From an uncultured Lentisphaeraceae bacterium (lineage in GTDB: Bacteria > Verrucomicrobiota > Kiritimatiellia > RFP12 > UBA1067): DNA of 64,000 nucleotides. The stretch lies in contig CAYZYQ010000002.1 in NCBI GenBank assembly GCA_964482645.1, positions 21,111-85,110 of the forward strand. Reading direction: 5' to 3'. Positions 47,714 through 57,385 of this stretch are shown piece by piece. A model generated the notes under the pieces. The model had not been told where the DNA came from. It was given only the letters and a program-made list of their open reading frames with translations, and did not search any database. Numbering within the stretch: position 1 is the stretch's first letter; every line of letters begins with the position of its first letter. A program made the translations under genes and the position numbers.

Positions 47714-49546
47714 ATGAAAAACGAGCCAAAGAAGATTGTCCGTATTACCGACACCACACTGCGTGACGCGCACCAGTCCCTTTGGGCCACGCGTATGCGG
47801 ACCGACGACATTCTCCAGATTGCCGAGAAAATCGACAACGCCGGCTACTATTCGCTGGAATGCTGGGGTGGCGCCACGTTCGACGTGTGTATGCGCTTTC
47901 TCCGCGAAAATCCCTGGGAGCGTCTGCGCCAGATCAAAGCCGTCTGTAAGAAGACGCCGCTCCAGATGCTGTTCCGCGGCCAGAACATCCTCGGCTACAA
48001 GCACTACCCTGACGATATCGTGGAGCGTTTCACCGCGCTCGCCTGCGAGAACGGCATGGACATCTTCCGCGTGTTCGACGCGCTGAACGATCCGCGCAAC
48101 CTTGAACAGGCGATCAAATGCGTGAAGAAGTACGGCGGACACGCCCAGGGCACGATCTGCTACACGACGTCGCCCGTCCATACGGTCGAGAACTACGTCA
48201 AGCTCGCCAAGGAACAGGAGGCGATGGGCATTGATTCGCTGGCGATCAAGGACATGGCCGGTATCCTCACGCCCGGCGCGGCTCGCGAACTCGTGGGCGC
48301 ACTCGCTCAGGCGTTGCCCGACATGCCGATCCAGATCCACTCGCACATGACAAGCGGCATGGCCGCCGCGATGTACATGGCCGCCGTTGAAGCCGGCGCC
48401 GGGTGCGTGGACTGCGCGATTTCCACAATGTCCAGTTTCAGTTCGCAGCCCCCGTGCGAATCGATCGTCTCCATCCTCGAATCCGAAGGCTTCGAGACGG
48501 GGCTTGACCAGAAAGCCCTCGCCGAAATCAACGCCTACTTCCGCGATCTCAAGCAGAAACGCCAGCCGACGTCCTCCGCGAAGGTTGAGCCTGTGGACGC
48601 GGGCGTGCTCGTCCACGCGATTCCGGGCGGCATGATTTCCAATCTCCGCAGCCAGTTGGCGCAGCAGGGTGCGTTGGATCGCTTGCAGGATGTATTGGAC
48701 GAACTGCCGAAGACGCGTGCGGACATGGGCTATCCGCCGCTCGTCACACCGACGTCGCAGATTGTCGGCGTCCAGACCGTGCTGAACGTGTTGAGCGGCA
48801 AGCGCTATGGCATGGTGACGGACGAGACGAAGCACTACGCGGCGGGCTACTACGGCCGGACGCCCGCGCCGATCGACAAGAAGCTCCAGAAGAAACTCAT
48901 CGGCGACCTCAAGCCCATCACGTGCCGCCCGGCCGATTTGCTCAAGCCCGGCCTTGCGGCGGCGGCGCGTGAAATCCCGGCGAAGTTGATTCAGGCGGAA
49001 GAGGACATCCTCAGTTACTGTCTGTTCCCGGAGGTGGCGCTTGGCTACTTCAAGTGGCGCGCCCAGCCCGAAGGTGCGCGTGATCCGATTCCGGCCGACG
49101 TCGAGATGCAGAAGACGTCCGAGGCGGCATCCGCCGCGCCGGCGGTGTCGGCGGACGATGCGCGGTTCGTCGCGATTGGCAAGGCGTTTGCGGCGTTGAT
49201 GGCGTCGTGCGGCGGTGCCCCGGCGGACGGCCTTGCCGCGCCGCTCCCGACCGTCGCCGTGCCGGTGGCGAAGTCGGCGGACGAGAAGAAGGACGCGGCA
49301 CCGGCCGTGCCGGCGGGAACGCCGGTTCCGGCGCCGTTGAACGGGACGTTCTACCGCAGTTCTGGTCCGGGCAAGCCCGAACTCGCCAAGGACGGCGCGT
49401 CCGTCAAGGCGGGCGAACCGTGCTGCATTGTTGAGGCGATGAAACTCTTCAATCCCATCAAGGCCACGGCGGCCGGCAAAATCACGTTCCTCGTGGAACA
49501 CGGTGCGGCCGTGACGAAGGGGCAGACGCTGGCCGTCATCGCCTGA
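47714..49546 (+). CDS. biotin-dependent carboxyltransferase with C-terminal biotinyl domain (OadA / PycB / 5S family)
   Basis: ITDTTLRDAHQSL, ECWGGATFD, RGQNILGY, HSHMTSGM and a C-terminal biotin attachment site CIVEAMKLFN. Confidence 0.85.
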   Translation: MKNEPKKIVRITDTTLRDAHQSLWATRMRTDDILQIAEKIDNAGYYSLECWGGATFDVCMRFLRENPWERLRQIKAVCKKTPLQMLFRGQNILGYKHYPDDIVERFTALACENGMDIFRVFDALNDPRNLEQAIKCVKKYGGHAQGTICYTTSPVHTVENYVKLAKEQEAMGIDSLAIKDMAGILTPGAARELVGALAQALPDMPIQIHSHMTSGMAAAMYMAAVEAGAGCVDCAISTMSSFSSQPPCESIVSILESEGFETGLDQKALAEINAYFRDLKQKRQPTSSAKVEPVDAGVLVHAIPGGMISNLRSQLAQQGALDRLQDVLDELPKTRADMGYPPLVTPTSQIVGVQTVLNVLSGKRYGMVTDETKHYAAGYYGRTPAPIDKKLQKKLIGDLKPITCRPADLLKPGLAAAAREIPAKLIQAEEDILSYCLFPEVALGYFKWRAQPEGARDPIPADVEMQKTSEAASAAPAVSADDARFVAIGKAFAALMASCGGAPADGLAAPLPTVAVPVAKSADEKKDAAPAVPAGTPVPAPLNGTFYRSSGPGKPELAKDGASVKAGEPCCIVEAMKLFNPIKATAAGKITFLVEHGAAVTKGQTLAVIA

Positions 49547-49581
49547 GGCGGCGGTACAAATCCAAGTTAGGAGGACGAGTC

Positions 49582-50031
49582 ATGGACTTTACATCGGCGG
49601 CGTGGATCTGGCTCTATCTGGGCGCGTTTCTGATGCTGGCGGAAATCGTCAGTCCCGGTCTCGTCCTCTTCTTCTTCGGTCTTGCGGCGGCGACGGTTGC
49701 CGGGTGTGTGTTTTTGTTTCCGGCGCTGTCGACGGCCGCGCAGCTGGCGCTCTTTTCCGCATTCGCGATTGTCTATCTCGTTGGTCTGCGGCGGCTCGTG
49801 AAAGGCGTGTTCGTTGGCGATGTCGAGCAGTCGGGCGGCTTGGCGAGTGCGTACGTCGGCCGTGTGGGGAAGGTCGTCGAGGCGATTCGTCCAGGCGTCC
49901 CCGGCCGTATCGCCTTGGGTGATGCGGAATGGACGGCGGTGGCGGACGAGACGTTGGACGTGGGACGCGAGGTGCGCGTCGTGGCGCAGCAGAACTTGAC
50001 GCTGACCGTCGCGCCCGCTCAGATGCAGTAG
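49582..50031 (+). CDS. NfeD-family membrane protein
   Basis: Three N-terminal TM helices and a C-terminal OB-like domain GRVGKVVEAIRPGVPGRIALGDAEWTAVADE. Confidence 0.65.
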   Translation: MDFTSAAWIWLYLGAFLMLAEIVSPGLVLFFFGLAAATVAGCVFLFPALSTAAQLALFSAFAIVYLVGLRRLVKGVFVGDVEQSGGLASAYVGRVGKVVEAIRPGVPGRIALGDAEWTAVADETLDVGREVRVVAQQNLTLTVAPAQMQ

Positions 50032-50498
50032 TCGAACGTCGGCGTTTCGGCCGTTCGGGCCATTTTCATCATCCGCGTCAGAGTAATGCTCGCGAGCGCG
50101 TTGCGGAGGGCGTTGTTGACATCGCCCCAGATGGCGCGGGCGAACGCGCTCGTTTTTTCATCGGTGTGAGCCTCGTCGAGTCCGTCGAGAATGGCGAGCG
50201 GTCCCTGCATTGTCTCCACGATGGCGAGGAGGGTGATTTCGTCTGGATCCTTGGTCAGACGGAAGCCGCCGGCGACGCCGCGGATGGAACGGATCATGCC
50301 GGCCTTGCGGAGGGGGATGACGAGGCGCGAGGCGAACTTGAGGGAAAGATCCTGGTCTTTCGCGATGGCGGCCATCGTGCGGGGGGACGGATCGTGTTCG
50401 TGGGCGGCGACGTCCATCATGATGCGAAGGCCGTAGCGGGCTTTCGCGGAAATCTTGAGCGCTTTTGCGGCGCCGCGTCTGGTGGTTGTTGTTTTCAC
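50019..50498 (-). CDS. Rrf2-family transcriptional regulator
   Basis: The tail of ORF 50019..51176 reads KISAKARYGLRIMMDVA...IAKDQDLSLKFASRLVIPLRKAGMIRSIRGVAGGFRLTK. The proposed start is GTG 50498, which is uncertain. Confidence 0.7.
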   Translation of the reverse strand: MKTTTTRRGAAKALKISAKARYGLRIMMDVAAHEHDPSPRTMAAIAKDQDLSLKFASRLVIPLRKAGMIRSIRGVAGGFRLTKDPDEITLLAIVETMQGPLAILDGLDEAHTDEKTSAFARAIWGDVNNALRNALASITLTRMMKMARTAETPTFDYCI

Positions 50499-50602
50499 GT
50501 GCCGCCCATTAAACCATATCGCCCGACGTAAATCAAGCGACTGTTCAATACGGCCGTATTTCGGACTCCTTGATTGGGCGACAAAGTTTCCAGGAAAGGC
50601 TA

Positions 50603-50633
50603 TTGACGGCAATAAAAAAAAAATGGGTATAAT
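50603..50633 (+). promoter_or_regulatory. promoter of giant protein 3: TTGACG, 19-nt spacer, TATAAT, with an A10 tract in the spacer
   Basis: TTGACGgcaatAAAAAAAAAAtgggTATAAT was read directly. The A-run is 50614-50623. Confidence 0.55.
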
Positions 50634-50672
50634 TGCCTTGTTGCTGGATTTTCGTTTAGAAAGGACGAGGCG

Positions 50673-53600
50673 ATGGCGTACACAAAGAAAACTGAATGGT
50701 TGAAAAGAGCGCATCGGCTGGAAACGGTCGTGCGGCGCGTGGCGTGGAGTGTCTGCGCGTTTGCCGTGGTCGGAACGGCCGGTGCGGCGGAAATTGCCTT
50801 TTCGGGCGGCGGGGGCGATGGTGATCTCGCGTCGCCCGCCAACTGGACGGGTGGCGTCTTGCCAGGTACGGACGACGTCGCGGTCGTCGATGTCGGAACT
50901 TCGGGTGTTTCGTACACGTTGTCCGCTCCCGTGACGTTCGGCGGTCTCGTCTTTACGGACAACGCGGATGCCGCCGTCGAACTCGCGTCGGAGAGTACGC
51001 TGACGCTGGGCACGAACGGTCTGGTCTGCCGCGTGGCGGGCGGCATCGCGCTCAAATTGCCGCTGGCCGTCGCGGGCGAGCAGACGTGGAACTTCGGCGG
51101 TGGTCAAGCCAAGTTCTACAAGACGATCGCCGGCACGGATCCGCTGACGCTGGCGAACGCGAGGGGGCTTTGGCACTATTGGTCGCCGCGCTATGACGGC
51201 AAGATTTCATACACGGGCATCAAGCGGTGGAGCAACAAGGATGATTCCCGGCCGACGCATATCAACTTCTACGAGCCGGACTGCAAATAGGCAAATGAAA
51301 TCGCCCTGCTGGACTGGTGCGAAGTTCGCCTCCTTTTCGGCGGGCCTGTCAGTTTCGCGCAGCTCTTTCCGGGGATGGATCCGCTGTCGGTCGGGCAGGG
51401 CTTCGGCATTGAAGCCGTCGTGGCGACAAAGGACGAAGGTGCGGCCGGCGGCGTGGGCCGTCCGACGCTGACCGTTGGCGCGGGCGAGGCCGTCAAGATG
51501 TGGCAGTTCTGCCTGGGCGGCGGCGACATGATCCAGACGAACGGCTCGTTCACGACGCAGGATGCATTCTGGATCGGAAACAACTGGTACTACAACTACA
51601 CGTACGGCGAGCCGTGCCACTACTACTTGAAGGGCGGGGCTTTAGAGACGAAGACGCTGAATATTGGTGAGTACGGAAGGGGTGTCAATCGTCTCGTCCA
51701 GTCGGGCGGTACGGTGACGGTTTCTTCGACGATTGTCATGGGCGGCGGAAACCAGACGGATGAGAACTGCCTGTCTGAATGGTGTCAGGACGGCGGCACG
51801 GTGACGGTGACGTCCGTGTCCGCGCCGAACAACAACTACGGCACGCTGCTCTACTATCCGGAGGGGCAGTGGGGGGATGGACGGGCGTTGTACGAACTGA
51901 AGGGCGGTACGCACGTGACGCCGCGCCTCCTGTTCGGCACGAACTTCGACCCGACGCCGGACACGATGACAAAAGATCGTGGGTCGCACATGCCCTGCCA
52001 CAATTCGTACGGACTCTTCGACCTCGCGGGCGGGACACTGGACGTCGGCGTGGGCGGCATCGCGTCCGGCTGGAACTGGAATCCCGACGGCTGGATTTCG
52101 CCGGCGACGAACGCCTATGCCGACGTGCGTCTGCGCAAAGGTACGGTTCGGACGGGCACGAGCGCGACGACCGTGCCGCTGCGCATTCCGCGTTCGGATG
52201 CCGCCGTCGAGTGGAACACGGCGACGGACACCGCCCACACGGTCTTCGCGCCCGTTCTCGGCGACGGCAATCTCGTCAAGACGGGCGCGGGGACGCTCGC
52301 GTTGACCGACGCGACGGCGTTCAACGGTTCGATCGAGGTACGCGAAGGTTCGCTGCGCATTCTCGGCAAGGGCGGGGCTTCGGGCGAAGAGACGGCGCCC
52401 GTGGAGACCGGACACGACTTCTGGCAGTGGACGGGCGACGCGGCCCAGGCGGCCGGCGCGACGAACGGCGCGGCGGTCTCCATCTGGACAGACCTCCAGC
52501 ACGGTGTCGCGGCCACGAACGCGAACATCTACCTCCCCCACGAAGGAGGAAAGGACGTGCGCTACGCCTGTCCGACGCTTGTCGCCGGGGCGTTCAACGG
52601 ACACGCCGCCCTCCGCTTCAACGAGGCGATGCTGACCGTGCCGGCAGACGTGAACCCCTTCGTCGGTGCGAAGGAGATGACGATTGTTCTGGCGTTCAAG
52701 ATGACGGCGGCGGGCATGGAGCCAATCGACCGGGGTGAACGCGCATGGTACAGCTATTACGTTGACGGAACGCATATGCTGAATCCAGGTAACGGGGACT
52801 ACAAAGGAGCCTGGGGGCCGTGGTTCCAGTGGTGTAGTGGCAACCGTCTCAAGTTCATGGTGGATGTCGGTGGAGCTGTGGAGGCTGGCGATCACATTGT
52901 CGCGTCGCAAGAGGGTGTATCGCTTAAAGACGATGTCCATGTGGCCGTGGCGACTGTGAGCGAGGCCGACGGTATCACGCTGCTCGTCGATGGCGACTTC
53001 ACGAATCGCGTGTGGACGGGAGCGTACCATCCGTTGTTCAACGGTTACAACAATGCAAAGGCGCTTCCGCTCATGCTCGGCTGCCTCGTGAGCGACGCGG
53101 GAAACGCACGGACGATCAGCGGAATGCATTTGGGCGAAATGCGCATCTACACGAACGCGTTGTCGCGCACCATGATGTCGGATCTTTCCGCCGAGCTGTA
53201 CACGAAGTACAACGGAAAGCTGGAAGGACTTGCCAACGTTGTCTCCGGATGCGAGGGCGCCGTTGCGGGCGAACTCGTCGCGCCGGACGCGCCGGTGATT
53301 CCGGCGGATCTGCCCGCGCCGGCACAGCGCTGGACGGCCGATTCGCTGGCGGCGACGCATACGGACGGCGCGGCGGTCGAAAGCTGGGCGACGACGGACG
53401 GGACGCGCGCGCTGGCCGTCGAGGACGGGTGCACGGCGCCGATGTTCGTGGCGCAGTCCGCGAACGGACACGCCGCCGTCAGGTTCGACGCGGATGCGCA
53501 GACGTCGCTGGGCGCTCCGGCGAAGGACGTGTTGGCGCAGACGGACTGGAACAACTGGACGATGGCCGTCGTCTTCCGCGCCACGGAAGGGGCGACGGGA

Positions 53601-54488
53601 CGCACGGGCGTGATGGAAGGGCGCGGGCTCGTCTCGATGATGAAGGACGAGACGAGCAAGAACGCATTCCAGTTTGCACTCGTCACGAACGGCGAACTGC
53701 GCGCCTATTCGTCCGAGGAGAGCGTCTTCCGCCGTCGCCCGTTGCGGCTCGACGACGGCGCCGTCCATGTGGCCGTCTTCACGAGCGACATGGCAGGACG
53801 TTACTGCGGCAAGCAGGACTGCATTTTCGTCGTCGATGGCATTGTGAACGAATACAAGCCATGGTCGAATCCCGAACTCATGAAGACCGATGCGTTCCGT
53901 CTGCGCCTGGGGCAGCTCGTCAACGGCAAGGGCTTCTTCTCCGGCGAGATTCTGGAAGTGCGGTGGTACACGGCGGTGAACGCGCCGCTGACGATGGAGC
54001 AGACGCTCGGCGTGTGCACGGAACTGGCGACGACGTACGGCGTGCCGCTCTATCCGCGCGGAAACTTCGGCCCTGGCAAGGTGGCGGCGTATGGCCTTGG
54101 GGCGACGAACGTCTCCGTGGCGGCGGGCGCGACGCTCGTCTTGCCGCAGGCCGTCCAGTCGCCCTACACGGTCGGCGCGGGACAGACGCTGACGTTGGAC
54201 GGTGGCGAGGTCATGGGGCCGCTCGTCGTGTCGGACGGTGGCGCGTTGCGTCTGACGTACGGACAGATGGCGGAAATCGAATCGCTGAAAGCCGTCGACG
54301 CGGTGCGTCTCGACGTCGTGGGCCTGCCATCGAACCGTGGCTCGTTCACGCCGCTTGCGCGAGTCGGCACGGCGGACATGGCGGAGGCAAGCTGGACGGT
54401 TGTAGGACGTCGTGGCAGCACGGTGGAAATCCGCGACGGCGTGCTGGGCGTCGTCTCGCGTAACGGCACCGTCCTGATTCTCCGCTGA
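50673..54488 (+). pseudogene. giant beta-helix / PATR protein 3 with two LamG-like domains and C-terminal GTVLILR, interrupted by one in-frame TAG at 51288-51290
   Basis: ORFs 50673..51290 and 51375..54488 are in the same frame, and the 84 nt between them has no stop and stays GC3-rich. Contains a PATR unit NLVKTGAGTLALTDATAFNGSIEVREGSLRIL and two LamG-like blocks (...NGHAALRFNEAML..., ...NGHAAVRFDADAQ...). Confidence 0.6.
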
Positions 54489-54561
54489 GTCCAGACCTGT
54501 CCGTATTCGAAAACGACAGAACGTTAGATCCGCTTCGCGGGATGCCGAAGTGAATGCGGAA

Positions 54562-54591
54562 TTGACGCGGGGGCGGGACGGGCGGTATAAT
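54562..54591 (+). promoter_or_regulatory. sigma70-like promoter: TTGACG, 18-nt spacer, TATAAT
   Basis: aaTTGACGcgggggcgggacgggcggTATAATgcc was read directly. Confidence 0.45.
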
Positions 54592-54597
54592 GCCGTC

Positions 54598-55584
54598 GTG
54601 GCCGTTGAAGAGAAAAACCGAAAGATCGTCGCCGCCGTCCGGAGGTGCGCCCCCGCCGTCCTCGCCGCGCTCTGGGCGGCGCCGTTCATCCACCACGGCA
54701 GCACGAAGCGCGCCGTTCCAGACATGACAGACGCGGTCTGCGTTGCGGGGGGCGAGATTGACGGCGGGGCGGGACGCCCCGCCCTGCCAAAAGGACGGAC
54801 GAATGGCATTCCGGTAGGACGCGACGTCCCCGTCGCGCCAGCCGTCGCCACGTCCGCAAGCGCAGCGTCCGGCGCCGCCGCTTCGCCCGAACCCGCGACG
54901 ACGGCAGACGGGCGCTTCCGCGTCGCCGTACGCCCGGCAACGAACGGCCTCGCGCGGCCGGACGGCGTGGCGCTGTTCGACCGCTGGCGCCGTCGCGGCG
55001 CGGCGGACGACGCGTTCCGCCTTGCGCCGCCCGGCTGGTGGTTCCGCCTCCCCGACGGCTTTTCGGACGGCGTGACAATCTTCTCGCGGGGCGAGATTCG
55101 ACCTGCCGCGCGGACGCCCTACTTCCCGCCCGTCTTCGCAGACCGCGTCTCGCTCCTCCCCCAGGCGCGGTGGCATCTGCTCGGCGCGGGCGCGGCCGAA
55201 TCCGGCCTCTGGCACAGAATCACGCCGGCGAACTTCTTTTTTTCCGATTCGGCTGAAATGAACGCACCCTATCCGAGGCTGACGGCCGACGGTGTTGAAT
55301 CGTCCTCTCCATCGGACGGCTGGCGGGACGGCCACATGACATGGGGCATCCCCATCGGGTGGGCTGGTCGGAATGTCGCCGAAGAGGGCGGTGCGTATGT
55401 GAAACTCATCCCTCGCGAATATGAACAACAGTTCATGATAGACAGAAATGGAAAGGTCGGCGTGCGGAAGTTCGGCCATCAGGTGACACGGGACACGAAC
55501 GACACGATTCGCCTTGACGTCACGGTGGTGAAATCGAACGGAGGCGACGTGCCGAATGTGTCTGGAAGGAGTGGTGTGCGATGA
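54598..55584 (+). CDS. hypothetical protein (start uncertain) with REP copy B embedded in frame
   Basis: The frame stays GC3-rich to the stop at 55584, and there is an ATGA overlap with the next small ORF. Candidate starts are GTG 54598 and ATG 54724. No family recognised. Confidence 0.4.
   Translation: MAVEEKNRKIVAAVRRCAPAVLAALWAAPFIHHGSTKRAVPDMTDAVCVAGGEIDGGAGRPALPKGRTNGIPVGRDVPVAPAVATSASAASGAAASPEPATTADGRFRVAVRPATNGLARPDGVALFDRWRRRGAADDAFRLAPPGWWFRLPDGFSDGVTIFSRGEIRPAARTPYFPPVFADRVSLLPQARWHLLGAGAAESGLWHRITPANFFFSDSAEMNAPYPRLTADGVESSSPSDGWRDGHMTWGIPIGWAGRNVAEEGGAYVKLIPREYEQQFMIDRNGKVGVRKFGHQVTRDTNDTIRLDVTVVKSNGGDVPNVSGRSGVR
54762..54839 (+). repeat. 78-bp hairpin-rich REP/MITE-like element, copy B
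   Basis: It has the same 24-nt 5' block as copy A (cggcggggcgggacgccccgccct) and a matching 3' hairpin, CGCGACGtcccCGTCGCG. Orientation is the same as copy A. Confidence 0.8.
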
Positions 55585-55790
55585 AAGCGTCCGTGAAGAT
55601 TCTGGTGGCCGCCGCATGTGGATGCGCGGTCTTGTTGTTCGCCTGTTGGTGCGTCGTCTGTGGCGGGGCGATTTTCTCCCGGGAAGATGGTTTCTCGGAC
55701 GCGCGGAAGTCCCTTGACGTCCGCCTTGAAGCCCTTGGGACGTATCTGACGGAATTGGCGGCGGCGTGGCGGACGTACGGCGACGTCTGA
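55581..55790 (+). CDS. small membrane protein
   Basis: RBS GGAAGGAG. Begins MKASVKILVAAACGCAVLLFACWCVVCGGAIF, one Cys-rich TM helix. 69 aa. Confidence 0.35.
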   Translation: MKASVKILVAAACGCAVLLFACWCVVCGGAIFSREDGFSDARKSLDVRLEALGTYLTELAAAWRTYGDV

Positions 55791-56125
55791 TGGACGAGGC
55801 GTTGCAGAATACGTCTCGGACGGGAGGCGAAGCCGTTCGGAGGAAATGAGATGAGCAGGATGCCTCTGTTGATCGTGTGCCTGTTGGTCATGGGCGCACC
55901 CATGCTGACCGCGCTTTTGTCCAGATCTGGACTTTCGCGCCAGATCGCGTCGGCGGAAGGGGGCATTGCGCCGTGAGCTTGAGATCGACCGGCGGTCGAC
56001 TCGGACGGTACGGTCGGTGTCTGGAAGTTGTACCAAGAGAGGGTGGCTGAAGTTGATGGGAGAACGATTATTTGATACGATGCAACGCGAGATTTTAGAG
56101 ACGTTGATATGAACATGAGGTTGAA

Positions 56126-57148
56126 ATGACGAGACGGTTACTTGACGTGGACAAGGTGCGGATTGCCGGTGTCGCGGCCTGTCTGCCGTCGGCGGCGGAA
56201 GACAACCTTGCGCGATGTACGGCGCTGTACGGCGACGCCGCGCGGGCGCGTAACGTCGTGCAGACCACGGGGATTCGCGCCCGCCGCGTGGCCGCGCCCG
56301 GCGTGTCGTCGCTCGACCTGTGTACGGCCGCCGCCCGGCGTGTACTGGACGTGTGCGGCGTTTCCCCCTCCGCCTGCGGTGCGGTCGTGGCCGTCACGTT
56401 CACGCCAGAACGCCTGATGCCCGGCAACGCCTGTCAGGCACAGACACGCCTGGGACTGCCGACGGACGCGCTGGCGTTCGACGTGGGGCTGGCTTGTTCG
56501 GGCTATCCCTACGGGCTCTACCTCGCGGGGACGCTTGCCCGCGCCACGGGACGGCCGGCGTTGCTATTGGACGGTGACGTGCAAACGGCCGTGCTCGATC
56601 CGCAGGATGGCGCCACGGTTCCCGTGATGGCGGACGCCGGCACGGCGACGCTCGTGTTGCCCGCGCCCGACGCCGTGCGCCCATGGCAGTTCGGCTTTCT
56701 CACCGACGGCGCGGCGGGGGCGGCGCTGTCGGTACCGCGTGGCGGGACAATGACGTTGGACGGGTTCGCGCTCTTCAAATTCGCCGCGATGGACGTGTCG
56801 CGTTTCCTGTGCGATTTTCTGGCGGCCGCATCCTGCCCACCCGCCGCCGTGTCGGCGTTCGTGCCCAACCAGTCGACGCTGTTCACCATGCGCAAACTCG
56901 CGCAGCAACTCGGCATTGATGCGGCGCGGCTCTGGATCAGCGGCGACGTGTTTGGCAATTCCGCCTCGGCGAGCGTCCCCGTGACGATCGCCCATTGTGC
57001 CCCGGCGGCGAGAACGGCGGAGGGTTGGCCGAACCTGCTGGTCGCGGGATTTGGCGGCGGGCTGTCTGCATCGGCCGCGCGTGTGGATCTGCGGGCGGAT
57101 TGCCGGTTCGCGTTGTTCGATCACACGACGGCGGAAGGGGAGGGCTGA
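56126..57148 (+). CDS. 3-oxoacyl-ACP synthase III (FabH)-like enzyme with an atypical active site
   Basis: The Cys motif is GLACSGYPYGL and the Asn motif is GNSASASVP. The expected VPHQAN block reads VPNQST, so the catalytic His is replaced. Confidence 0.7.
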   Translation: MTRRLLDVDKVRIAGVAACLPSAAEDNLARCTALYGDAARARNVVQTTGIRARRVAAPGVSSLDLCTAAARRVLDVCGVSPSACGAVVAVTFTPERLMPGNACQAQTRLGLPTDALAFDVGLACSGYPYGLYLAGTLARATGRPALLLDGDVQTAVLDPQDGATVPVMADAGTATLVLPAPDAVRPWQFGFLTDGAAGAALSVPRGGTMTLDGFALFKFAAMDVSRFLCDFLAAASCPPAAVSAFVPNQSTLFTMRKLAQQLGIDAARLWISGDVFGNSASASVPVTIAHCAPAARTAEGWPNLLVAGFGGGLSASAARVDLRADCRFALFDHTTAEGEG

Positions 57149-57152
57149 CGCG

Positions 57153-57383
57153 ATGGAGGCCGAACGTGCGTTCTTGTCGTTTGTGGCGGACGTGATGTCC
57201 GTCCCGCCGGAAAGCCTGTCGCTCGCCACGACGATGGCAACGTGTCCCGCGTGGGACAGCGTGATGCACATCCGTCTCGTGCTGGAAATCGGGGCGCGGT
57301 ATGGCGTGGACATTCCGCTGGAGACGATTCCAACGCTCACGACCCTGGCGGATTTCTTTCGGTGCGTACAGGCTGAGGTTTGA
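57153..57383 (+). CDS. acyl carrier protein
   Basis: 76 aa. MEAERAFLSFVADVMSVPPESLSL...CPAWDSVMHIRLVLEIGARYGVDIP has a DS phosphopantetheine attachment motif within a four-helix ACP pattern. Confidence 0.7.
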   Translation: MEAERAFLSFVADVMSVPPESLSLATTMATCPAWDSVMHIRLVLEIGARYGVDIPLETIPTLTTLADFFRCVQAEV

Positions 57384-57385
57384 CG

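Noticed and set aside
47319-51290. Two in-frame TAG codons (47319 and 51288) as evidence of amber recoding (pyrrolysine or a suppressor).
   Set aside because: TAG terminates many conserved genes here at the expected ends: GH20-like 18970, eda 20386, the GH78-like gene at 36469, thiD 37959, capD-like 43657, nfeD 50031 and htpG 60884. No pyl genes are visible. Nonsense mutation or sequencing error is more parsimonious.
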